This document shows, piece after piece, positions 52,801-64,000 of a stretch of DNA of 64,000 bases (position 1 is its first letter; every line of letters begins with the position of its first letter). Below the pieces are notes generated by a model. It saw only the letters and a program-made list of their open reading frames with translations, had not been told where the DNA came from and ran no database searches. Position numbers and translations under genes: made by a program. This DNA is from the human T2T-CHM13v2.0 reference genome, Homo sapiens, in NCBI RefSeq assembly GCF_009914755.1, contig NC_060930.1, one strand, 5' to 3'.

Positions 52801-55800
52801 GTGTGCGTGAGCATGTGCACCTGCTCAAGTGTAAATGTGTCTGTTGGCAGTTGGGGTCTAAGTACCTGAGAATGTGTGTCTTCTGTTGCTTTAGGAGATT
52901 AAAATGTCTTTTCCCAGTATTGAGCTACATTGAGGAAACAAAACTGAAATAAACTGTCAGGCCTCTCTCAAGACCAGCCGGATTCTATGTTAAATAAAAG
53001 TCAGCCAGAGGAGAATATTGTCAGAATGAATTAGTCTCAAGGACTTGGGGAGAGAGAGAAGGGCAAAAGATCCTTGAGCTCCCAGATCTGGGACAACGAT
53101 ATACAGTGGAATCCATGTCCTGCCGGACAGCAACACTAACTGGTGGGAGGGGGCGTGCAGGGGCGGGAGATGGACTTTTAAAAAGCATATCCGGTCTCTT
53201 CTTTATTTTTCTTGGTGCAGTTTAAAATTGGACAGTTCCGAAATAGTGCTTTTTTGTTGTTGTTGTTTTAAACTCATTCTCTGTCGGCTTCCACTCTGCT
53301 TTTTAGCCTGGAGCCTGTTTACATAGCATTGATACATGGCCAGTTGTGTATAGTTTGCTATTTCATCTTACCTGATTTATAAGATACTTACATTTTATTT
53401 ATAAACAATTGTTTCTTTTTTAAGTTATAATTGTTAAAGCTCTATGCGTCCGGTCTTCATTCCTTCGAAAGATTGATTTTTTTTCTTTTACACTTGACAC
53501 TCGCTGTATTTAACCCCTATATTTAATTTCTCAGACTCGATAAGGTAAGCCCTGAGTCTGTTCAGACAAGAATCTGTTCTTTGCCCCTGATCTCAGGGCA
53601 CATCAAATGGTCCCCGAGTCTCCAAATAATCCGGACCCAGACTTCTTTGCCACACATAGAGAAGTTTATTATTAGTAAAAGATGAAGTGAGCTAGAAGCA
53701 GAAATGGGACGGAGAGTATGGGTGGGCAACGGCCAAATCCAAACACCAAGAGGGGTACTTATTTGGCTGCGTTCCTCTATAGTTTAATCTGGGAAGGAGC
53801 CATAGCCTAATTGGAGACCGTGAACATCAGCCTACGCTGAGTCACCAGGCAGCGCCGCACAAATGGGCTAGGGCTTCCCCTTTCCGCGATTCCTGTCCCT
53901 ACTCTTTCCCACTCTCTTTCTTCTCTTTGCACATACTTTTCTTCTCGCCTCTCCTTCGGATCTGCGTTAATGAAAATATTTTATCTTGTACAAGTTTATA
54001 AAGCCTACGGTAGTAAATTCAGGCGTCCCAGGGCTCAAGGACTGCACTCTTGCGGATTTCTCTGCCGGGTCTGGTGCTGCAGATGCAAACCCAGGCCCCG
54101 TGAACAAAGCGATCCGGAGCTGCAATTCCTCCCTGCTCACTCCTGTGGCTGACTTGCACGCACAGACATCGCCTCCCCACTTGTTGGCGACTGTTTTCCA
54201 TTCTTCCCCCAACAATTCGTCCTTCTCAATTCCGATTAGCTGAGACTGAAGCCCTCTACAAAGGACCTGTGCAGCCCACGGAACAACTCCGCAGTTCTCA
54301 GGTAGAAGAATCAGAATCAGGTCTGAGCCCGCGGAGTATCTCTTTAAGCGCTGATTTTTTAAAATCAATGATCGTTTCTCATTGGGGCTCCAGGGAGGTG
54401 CTCGGTTTCTGGAGTGTCAAATGAGAGTATACTCCCAGGGTAAGCTTGTCTTCATTCCTCTCTCTCTCCACCCCCCCGCCCCCCCGTTTTCCAGCTTGGA
54501 GAAAGGAAGGGGAGAAGGGGTCTTCTGGCCCACCAAGTCGAGGGACATTGAGGAAGTAATGAATCTGTGATGCGTCCAGAAGAAAATTCACCCTCTGGGA
54601 AAATGAGCTTCCGTATTCATGCTTGGTGTATCTCCAGCAGTATCTGCTCTACCTCCAAACAACACTGCAATTATTTTTTTTCACCCCGTGGGTGAAAAAC
54701 CGCTGCCCTATCTCCCTCATTTATTGACTCACACTCCTCCCACAAAACTACAGTGTTGAGGGATCAGTAACAGAAATGTTCAAGAAGGCCACACTTGTCT
54801 TTATCACTAATATGTGACATGTAAGATGGCTTGAAGGAAGTACTGAAATTAACACCCAGATGTAAAAGAATACCCGAAGATGCCTAGCTGGACATTGCTA
54901 ATACCAACATTGCAACAGATCAATTTGGACATAAAGCAAACTATTCAATAGGGAAGCTAACTAATATTCTCTAATTAGTTATAATGAGCATTTTAATAGT
55001 CTATGCTGTATAAAAACATGTTTAAATTGATATTTAAAATACACAGCTTCCTATTCTTTGAATTAAATATTTAATGTTATTTTTCCTTATAGACAAAAAG
55101 TTACCTTGAGTCTGCTGGTTTTACAAAATGAATTGAAAATGGAAATAAATGTTCCCGTTTAGGCCCCATTTAAGAGTCACTAGATTTAGTGTTTAGCTTT
55201 TAATAAAAATTATTGCACCCTCTAATTGGCTGTAAATTAGGTCCTGTTCTCATATTTTACATCTGTAGATACCGACAGTTCTTAAACAGTGGAAATTTTG
55301 TGCACATTCATATAATCTGCTGAAAGTATAAACAATGAAAAACGTGGCTGGAATTTATTCATATTTTTGTACTGACAGATGAGGCATTTCAGTTTCAGCT
55401 GAATGAAAGGATTTTTAATGGATTAATTTAAAGCCAGCACTGGAATTATGCAAAAAGAAATATGCTATTGAAAAATTAAAAAAAGTATTAGCATTAGGAA
55501 TGAACCCTGCATTTAAACACATGAGCAAAAGTTTGACAAGAAGTTATGACTTTTCAGCATGACTTTTGGTTTGGTTTTGTCTTCACTTTAAATTGCGTAA
55601 ACTATTGTGTCCTTTAAAAAGTGTATCATAAACAATTAAGAAAAAATAAAAAAAATGAAACAGCTTAGGGTTTTTCCCACTTCAATATAGAATTCTTAAA
55701 ATTTATTTCAAATACAATAATCATACTGGAATATATTTCCAAGCTGAATTTTCAGAAATAGTCAAACGAGAATCCTCAAGTAAAAGGCTAAAGAGTAGTC

Positions 55801-58349
55801 ATCATGAGAGGAACTCTACCAAAACACTTAACATGTTTTGGAATTTCCAAATTCAGTCACATGAAGAAAAGGGAATGAAAAAAAAAAAAACCTATCGCAG
55901 GCCATGCATAACAGGTGATGTAAATTTAGAATAACTAGCATTTCTAGAAAGTCTTGTGCTTTTTAATGTTCACCTCTAGTCTTCAGTGCGGGTTCCTTCT
56001 CAAATTACATAAAATGTACTTTAAGAAGCACTCACTACCTGCTACAGATGTCCAGGAAAACTGAATTATGGAAGTCGGAAACATATGGCAGTTGCCTATT
56101 GCACAAGGAAGGTACATATGAAAGTTATAAATTTCTTTCTTTAAGTCAGAATTGTAAACGCATTTTATAGGGTTCACAGTATGTATTACATCTGTAGATT
56201 TAATTTTTGAAATATATGTTTTTTGAGATATTTGTGGTTTGAGATTCTAAGATAAATAACTTATCTTGTTGTATTTTTAAAAATCAAGAAAAAAACCCTA
56301 ACAAATAAAAATAAATATGTGGAGTGGCAAACATTTTTCTTTTATTTCTCAGCTTGTTATACTGAAAAGGACATCAGGCCATCTATTGGCAAATAATTAC
56401 TCACAACACGGGAGGTACCTGTCAGCAGGGCATGCTGTATATTGAATTCCCTATACGAAGAAGCAGAGATATCAATTGAGGAAAGCCAGCTTGGGGATGA
56501 TATAAAAACCATCAGATTAAGATCTGGACCATGCAAATGTCAAAAACACACCAATTAAACTTGCTTTTGAGAAAAAATTCCAAGTGCTTGCTGATTTATT
56601 TTCCATCAAAATATTCAATTTATTTCATTTAACACGTTTGAAACCACATTTTGATTGCAATAATAATGTAATACTACATACTCAGTATTATCAATGGATA
56701 TCAAGTACTATCAACTACCAAAACATCTTCCCTTCACCTTCAAAGTGATTAAAAAAAAATCACTCTAATTTTCTACCTGTAGCACCCTGTTATCTTTAAA
56801 TTTACATTTAATTTTGTAGATTTTAAGAGTCAGAGCTCTCTTGTTTCAGTTTATTTGGAGAAATTTGTGAAGCAAGTTATCTAAATGGTCTTGGTCAAAA
56901 ATGGGTTCAAACAAATAAATACCCTGAAAGTAGGCAGGTGCCTACAGGTAAGTTCGCTGTGAGTTCGCTTCAAGAAAACCATCTTTAGATTTCCATCGTG
57001 GAGGCATAGGGAAACACTCAAGATTGGTCTCCACTTTGTTGTAGAAGAATGAAACGGATTTGAGGGGAGAATAATGTAAAATTACAGCAAATGTTCCCTA
57101 CCCAGGCAGAAGTTTTATTTGGTTGTGTTTTGAATTTCCCCTTTGCGATCAATCGAGTGGTCGCCAGTATTGGTTTTCTCTTCTTTCCCAGTTCCTGCTT
57201 TGCCCAGGGCTCCCCCTGGCCAGGCTTTGGATCACTTGGTCTCTGTGAGACAGTGAGGAATCGAGCGTTTCATATTATGGGTTTCCAGAAAGACGTGGGA
57301 GACGAATGAGGCGCAGAAAAACTTATCAGCTTCTTTTCCATCTGCCTACGGAAAGGTGGAAACAAGGAGAGCGCTGCAGAAATTTCTAATTTTTTTATTT
57401 TCCAAGTTTTTGTTGCTTCTTGAGCTCCTGTCCTGCCCTGTCCAGGCCATTCCACGTCCCCGTCCCCTTGTTTCCACTTATAATTAGAACTTTGTAAGGG
57501 GGCCCCAACCTGACTCCATCCGAGAGTAAGCTTAGTTCGGGATTATTAATTTTTTATGTAGCATTTATTACTTGATATTATTTAATAACAAAACTCTCAA
57601 TAAAGTAAAAAGAAATAAGTCAGTCCAGTTTCCGGGGACACCCTAAAATCCCTGGGGGCGGTTCCCACTGGTAAAATACTAAGGAATTCGTATTTCCGAT
57701 GAAGTTCCAAAGCTGAAATTAAAATCCAGTCTGGGTTTCTGAAGCTCATATTGTTTTGGACAATATCTGCGTTTTCTTTCATTTAGTTTTCGTTCTTTCT
57801 GGTTTTGGTGCTTTTTCTTTTCTTTTCTTCTTTTTTTTTTTTTTTTACATTGCCGAAGACAATCTGATTTACAGTTTGACTGAGAGTTGCATTTCTGTTT
57901 AGAAGGTGAAACGTCTAAATCGCTTAGCCAAATTATTCCCCGACGGCTCCAATATTGTGCCAGAGTCCCAGAGTCAGTTATTTTTATGTCTGACTGTATT
58001 TCACATGTGCAGGGTGATAAATAAAATCCGTCTCAAGCTACAAACTATCTGAGTGTGATGAGGAACAATCGACAAAAATTAACCCAGCCAAAGCGTTGGG
58101 GTTCAAGCGAGCGACTGGACCATAAATCAGCGTCGCGGTGGCGTCGGGAAGCTGAGCGCTCGGAGGTGCACTCAGCTGCCTCTGGGTTCGCCCAGTCCGA
58201 GAGCGGGGCTCCGCCGCGGGAGCCCGGGCAGGAATCGGACTCCGCCAGGGGTTCGGAGTCTTCTGGGGAAAGGGCGTGTTGGGAGAGAAAGGCAAGCCCA
58301 CGCAGGAGAGACCTCCTAATTAATTCATCATCGAGAATTCTCCAGTGGG

Positions 58350-58377
<28 letters not shown>
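58350..58377. repeat. (GT)n microsatellite
   Basis: Seen directly. Confidence 0.97.
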
Positions 58378-58382
<5 letters not shown>

Positions 58383-59779
58383 CAAAAAAGACTTGGGAGG
58401 CAAACTTGGGTGGGAAGCACTGAGGAAGGCGAAACAATTCCCAACTTATCTGGATCCCAGACGAGTCCCTCTGATTGCTTAAGTCACTAGAAAAGGAGAT
58501 TCGTCTCAGCGATTAACAATGATACCCTTTTTAAGAGAGATCAAAGGAGGCGCCTAGGGAAGCTCTACAACGCGGCTTCTTGGAGTTCTGAGGCCGCCTG
58601 CGCATTCACTTTCCAGTGTAAGCCCCCGCTCCGGAATCCCGGCTCCAGCCCAGCCCGCGCCCCCTTCCCTGGAAAGACCTGGCCGGCCGCGCCCCCGAAC
58701 CCCCGAGGCGTGGGTGTCAGGCTAAGCGGGGCTGGTCCGACCGGTCGCTTCCAGCTCTCTCCACCTGTTGGAAAGCCCAGGCCCAAGAACCGCGCCAGCG
58801 GCGGCAGCACGTCACTCGGCGGCCACGGGGAGTCAGGGAGCGCGGAACGCGGGTTTCTGTTGATAAGTGCAAAGTACGGCCCTCTCGGTGCTAAGTGCAC
58901 AGTAAGTGCGAAGAATAAATACATCATCTCCCGGGGCGGCTGTCTCGAAAACGCCTCTCAGCTGCCTGCGTTTCAGAGCCCGTCAAGGGTTATAGCTTAG
59001 TGCGGGCGTCCGCGCCGCGCCTGCGCCTCCGAGCGCCGGCCGAGAAGGGCGCGCAGCCACAGCCACCACATGCCACTAGCCCCGCAAGGCGCCTGACTCC
59101 TCTAAGGGGAACTCGTAATGCTCACCAAAAGCCTCAGAAACCCTGGAACCTATAAGACCGCACCACCGCGCAAACGGTGTCCCGGGCTGCGCTCCCGCAC
59201 TGCACCGGCAGCCTATGAGGCGAGGCCAACCCGGAGACTGCGCGCGACGGGCGTGCGTGCGTGCGCCCGCAGATTCGCTTCAGGCGGTAGGTGTGGAGTA
59301 CCTGGGCAGCTCCGGCGGGAATGGTGTTGGGGAGAAGGAGCTGTCATTCATAGTCTTCTACATATCTGAATAAAGAATTGCTTTTTAAAAATAGGTTCAG
59401 AGCCTAGTGAGTGAAAACTTAAAAGTCCCCGCGAGGAGCTCTAGTTCCCGGGCGGCGCGGCCCCGACTTTCTCGTCGGTAGCGCTCTGGCCTTGGGCGCC
59501 CGCCGCTTTGGCTATGGAGGTACAGTGGCCGCGTCCCGGGGAGCCTGGGCCTCCTTGCGGCTCCGAGCCTCCGCGGCGCCCGCGCCCCGACTCTCCGGTC
59601 CCGGCTCTCTCCAGGCCCGGCTGTCTCCGGTCCCTCACTGACTTCGCCAGCCGCACCACCCACCTCTTTCTCCCGCAGACGTAAACCCGAATACGCCCCG
59701 GCCTTGGGCCTAGGGCCTCGGCCTCGCCTGGCTCTACAGGATTCGGGGGCGGGGTAGGCCGGCAGAGCTCAGCTCGCGC

Positions 59780-59940
59780 CGTGGGTCCACATGTTTTTAT
59801 TTCGTGACCCTGACCGCGTCCCGGCCATAACTTCCTCTGCGTTACAACGGGGATAATAATCCCCGGCCGGCCTGCCGGATGGTGGCGGGATAATATATCC
59901 CGGTGAGGGAAGGACCGAGCTTGGCAGAGACACTTAACTG
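59780..59940 (+). mobile_element. GC-shifted MIR remnant inside the CpG island
   Basis: GTGACCCTG...CTTCCTCTGCGTTACAACGGGGATAATAAT...GGATGGTGGCGGGATAA follows the MIR core order. Confidence 0.5.
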
Positions 59941-61812
59941 TCCCACTGTGTGGCTGTTCACAGTCCGCCCAGATTTAGGGGTGGGATGGGGGGTTTTCGG
60001 GCCCCGGCCTGCTCCCCCTCTCCAGACCCCGCAGAAAGGGGTTCATGGGCAATTAGGTTCCGCTGGACTCGCCGGGCTGCGGGCGGGTGAGCGCCGCCGG
60101 GCACCGGGCGGGGGCACGTGGCGCCCTCTGGGGACCGTCCGCCGCACTGCCTGGCGTCCTGCCTGGGGAGGCGCAGCCTAGCCCAGCACCTCCCGCCGCC
60201 TCAGGCTCGGAGGAGCTCTGTACCTGGCTCCGCGCTGACCCCTCCACCTGGCTGAAGGCAGCAGCCCTGGGAGACTCTGGCACTCTGGGCCGGAGCAGGC
60301 GCTGTGCCCCATGGCAACCCAGACTGAAAGGGAAGCCCTGTCTGTTGCTCTTTGCTGCGGATTCGAGGGAGGCCGTCTCGAGTCGCTCAGAAGCGACCTA
60401 AAGAAGGCACTGGCCTCTGTGCGCCGAACCTCCACGAGATAGACTCTAAGTCTCCCAACCGTTTACAAAAATATGAAGCCATCTGGAAAAGCGAGCAACC
60501 ACATGGATGGAGGGAAACAATTAAAAATAAAAGGTAATTAGGAGGAGGGACCTGAAAGGAATATTAACGTAAATGTTCTTTGCGCTTGAGTGTGAGATAA
60601 CCCCAGATTTTATTTTATGAATTTCTGTCTAAACCTCAGAATTTTAATGGAACAAACGAACCAACCGACAAACAAAAATGCCAAGTATCCTCAAGCCCTG
60701 GCCAGCTAAGGGATATTTCCCAGTCAAGTTCCCAAGACCCATTACCGTTATCATCGCTCCATGTAGTGGTGGATGAATGAGCAACTCCTCCATTGCATTT
60801 CCATTTAAAATCCCAGGACACTCCACCTGTAACTTTCTTTGACTTCTCTCATTAGTGAAGTTATTTTTGCCCCCCCCACTTTTTTTTTTGTTTAGAAGGG
60901 CACATTTCACAAGTTTATCAGTAAATCAACTGTTTCAAACTGCCCCCATCTTGAATGATAGCTGACCAAAAAAAAAACAAAAGCAAAGTAAAGGCATATA
61001 GGGTGGTGATCTAAAGTGCTTACGGACTCTCAGTTGCATAGTTATTTCTAAGGCTTCATTTTTTACAAAATGAAACATTTTGGGGCAGTTACAGTTACAT
61101 TAGTACATGTTGTGGAAATAAGCTTGCATTTAGGGAAAAATTATTAGAAACAGCTGTGATGTTAATGATTCAAAACCCAAAGTACTCAGTATGCTTAGTA
61201 TCTACTTTTCATCATATTTTTTTGTGTGCATCCACATAATGCATACTCTCTGTGTGTAATACAAGACACTTGTTTAATAAAGCAAACGATTGTCTGTGTC
61301 AGGGAGATTTGGTCCTCTCTGCCTCTCCCAGTCCATGTGCAGAACAGATCAAAGACCCGAAGTACCTCTGTCTTTCCAAAGGCAGCCAGATGGTGTCTTG
61401 ATTTTTCTTCAGAATTTTTTTTAGCAATAGAATTCAAAGGATTAAAGAATCTGTGTGATGCTACAGATGAAAGCCCTACCCAGGTAAATTACCTTTCTTT
61501 TTAATGTCATGCATACCTTACCTTATTCCACTAAGGTTTTGAGAAGTCTCTGGAGAATACATATAATAAATATGTAAATGGTGAGTAAATGATTAAAACC
61601 GGGTAAAACTGAAATCACAATCCAGAGTCAAGATTAGAAGAAAATAAGAACTCTGATATGCATGGAAAATACTAGATAGTTGTTAAAGAGGAACTTTAAA
61701 TTTGTCTCAGAGCTTCCTAGCAGCAAAAGTAAAAAGCAAAACATTACCCAATCAAAAGACAAGAAGAAATCATATCAGTTACTTACAGAAAGCAATATAT
61801 TCCCTAAGGTGG

Positions 61813-61848
<36 letters not shown>

Positions 61849-61855
61849 CGACGAT
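61813..61855. repeat. (GAT)n microsatellite
   Basis: Seen directly. Confidence 0.96.
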
Positions 61856-62002
61856 ATGATATTTGCTGCAGTAGCAATAGTATGTTTAACATGCTGCTCT
61901 GTTCGGGAAACCAACTGTCCCTGCCTCACCTCAACACACACAGCTGTTCTTCCTGGGCTATTTTTACTTTGTTACATATAGATTAAAGCTGCTTCTCTAT
62001 AA

Positions 62003-62225
62003 TAGAGAGGCAGTTTGCTGTCTGAATTTTGGAATCAGACCTGGATTGAGTGCCGACTTCCTGCTCTGCTGTAACCCTTGGCAAGGCACTTCATCTCTCT
62101 CTCTCTCTCACTCTCTCTCTGAGACCCCATATTTTTATTAAAATGGAGAAAATCTATCCTATTAGCTGAAAGAGAGACTATTCTATAGCCTGACATGTCA
62201 GAAACTTTTTATAAGTGTTAGGCTA
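62003..62225 (+). mobile_element. MIR with internal (CT)n
   Basis: TTTGGAATCAGACCTGG...CCCTTGGCAAGGCACTTCATCTCTCT...AAAATGGAGA. Confidence 0.6.
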
Positions 62226-63429
62226 TTATTGTTGTTTTAATTGTCATCAATGTACCACAAATGTTAGTTTCCTTTCTCCTTTTTCACAATTTCATAGCAT
62301 TCAAGGGTACTTCTTCTTTTGGACCTCAGAGCAAAGGAGAATGCTAAAATTTGAGCTCCAAGATCTGTCAGTACAGATGAGCAAGATCTCTGAGCTCCCT
62401 CACGCTCCCTGCTTGTCTATAGTGGTTAAAGAGTGGAGCCAGTTTCTGGGAGAGAGCAGTGAGTGCTGGTAAGATGTGCCTTAGATCAGCAAGTACAGGA
62501 GTGGGCCAGTCCCTGACTGCTCTCTGTAGCAGCCCCACTCCTAGTCACCAGTGGGGATGGCAGCTAGCTGAATCACCTTAATATTGGGATAAGTCATGGC
62601 ATGAATTAGTTCCAAAAGGAGGTAAGTATATCCAAAAGAAGGTAAAGAATATTATTTTGGAGTGGGAGGTTTTGCATGTCACTACAGAAAGTCAATATTC
62701 TTTTAAAGTATTCAGTACTGGGGATTTGGGGGAGCCTAAAAAAGGTCACACTCTCTTCCCACCATCCTTCCTCATCCTGCCACTTCCTGTGTAGTGCTTT
62801 TAAACTGAGTACTTGCTAAGACCCAGCAGTGGTGCCAGGTTTTATGGAGATGAGCTCTCTGTTCTGGATCTATCACCTAAGACTATCCAGGCAATTGGCC
62901 TCCAGAGAGGTCTTCTGTTTTTGTTCCTCTTCTGTCTTCCCTTCTTTCACCTGCTAAGCATCCACTAAACTCTTACCCTTCTCTTCCTGCAAAAACTTGT
63001 GGGTTGATAATAGATTAACTATCAATCCAGTGTATCTAAGACCCTATATTATATTTCCCAAGGTTAGCTGTATCTTAGAAAAGTATGGAGAAGTATATGT
63101 GCATGTTTGATGTATTCTAGTAGATTGTAAGCTTCCTAAGGTCAGAAACCTCATGATGTTTATGTACTGATTGGCCAAATCTAGAACAGCAGATAATTTG
63201 TTTCAGCTTGATGCAGCCCCATGACTAAACTTCCAAGAAGCCACATGACATAGCAGGGAGGACAAGGACTTGGAGTCAGAAGAGGGTGCCCGAGGCTTGT
63301 TGGCTCTGTCACTGGCTCTATGAATTTGAGTAACTACTCAACATGCTGAGCTTCTGCCTGAAGTATTTAGACAGGATGATCCCAGTGGTGACACATAGCA
63401 CCAACATTTTATGGTCCTGAATCCACTTT

Positions 63430-63662
63430 ATAGCTGAGAGTGACTTCATCTTTCTCTGAATTAACTGCCATGGCATTTTCTGTCTTCCTCTTTTAAGGGA
63501 TATAGCACTCCTACCTTGTATTATAGTGATTGCAAACTATTTCTTATCTTCTCTGTTAGGCATAAGCCCCATGAGTTCAGGACAGGTGTCTACATCAGTG
63601 TTTCCAAAAGAGCCAGCTCCATGTTTTGCACAACTGTGCTCAATAAGTAGTTTTGAGTGAAT
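63430..63662 (+). mobile_element. L2 3'-end remnant
   Basis: TAAGCCCCATGAG...GGACAGGTGTC...GCTCAATAAGTAGTTTTGAGTGAAT. Confidence 0.55.
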
Positions 63663-63713
63663 AAAATCTGACCCTTTATAACATACACTAATTTGATTTA
63701 AAAAGAGGGCAAT

Positions 63714-63999
63714 GGCTGGGCACAGTGGCTCTCACCTGTAATCCCAGCACTTTGAGAGCCTGAGGCAGAAAGATTGCTTGAGCCCAGGAGTTGGAGATCA
63801 GCCTGGGCTACATAGTGAGACCCTGTCTCTGTTTTTTCAAAAAATAGCTGGTTGTGGTGGCATGCATTTGTAGTTTCAACTACTCGGAAGGCTGAGGTGG
63901 GAGGATCGCTTGAGCCGAGGAAGTTGAGGCTGCAGTGAACCATGATTGCACCAATGCACTTCATCCTGTGTGACAGAGCAAGACCCTGCTTCAAAAAAA
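63714..63999 (+). mobile_element. AluJ
   Basis: GATTGCTTGAGCCCAGGAGTT, GAGGCTGCAGTGAACCATGATTGCACC (J-type diagnostics). Confidence 0.93.
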
Positions 64000-64000
64000 T

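Larger units (their letters stand above)
58050..60430. promoter_or_regulatory. Upstream CpG island (~9-10 kb from the TBX18 start); no recognisable coding exon
   Basis: Very high GC/CpG; overlapping low-complexity ORFs on both strands with no protein-like signal. Confidence 0.85.

Noticed and set aside
58038-60537. ORF cluster in the upstream CpG island as a possible second gene
   Set aside because: No recognisable domain, no coherent exon chain; composition explained by GC content and a (GT)n repeat.

Overview
Primate, most likely human, genomic DNA. It contains the complete minus-strand T-box transcription-factor gene TBX18: 8 coding exons with canonical GT-AG junctions, CDS 49426->21922, 1824 nt = 607 aa. 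The gene has a ~4 kb 3' UTR, a CpG-island promoter and two further upstream CpG islands. The left 6.4 kb is the 5' half of a defective HERV-W (LTR17/HERV17) provirus on the minus strand (5' LTR, PBS, long pre-gag leader, broken gag-pro-pol), inserted into an Alu and running off the window edge. The rest is ordinary mammalian repeats (Alu, L1, L2, MIR, MER2, MER3, MST, MLT2), a U6 fragment and microsatellites. I see no convincing new protein-coding system; nearly all other ORFs in the track are repeat-derived or GC-rich chance frames. The most interesting unexplained features are: a near-consensus palindromic T-box site in TBX18's own 3' UTR; an overlapping uORF plus G-quadruplex at the start codon; an L1 3' transduction; an Ile-type PBS and dead poly(A) signal in the HERV-W LTR; a ~300 bp intronic duplication; and a U6 fragment that seeded a tandem repeat. 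Repeat family names and boundaries are from recalled consensus sequences, not from a search.
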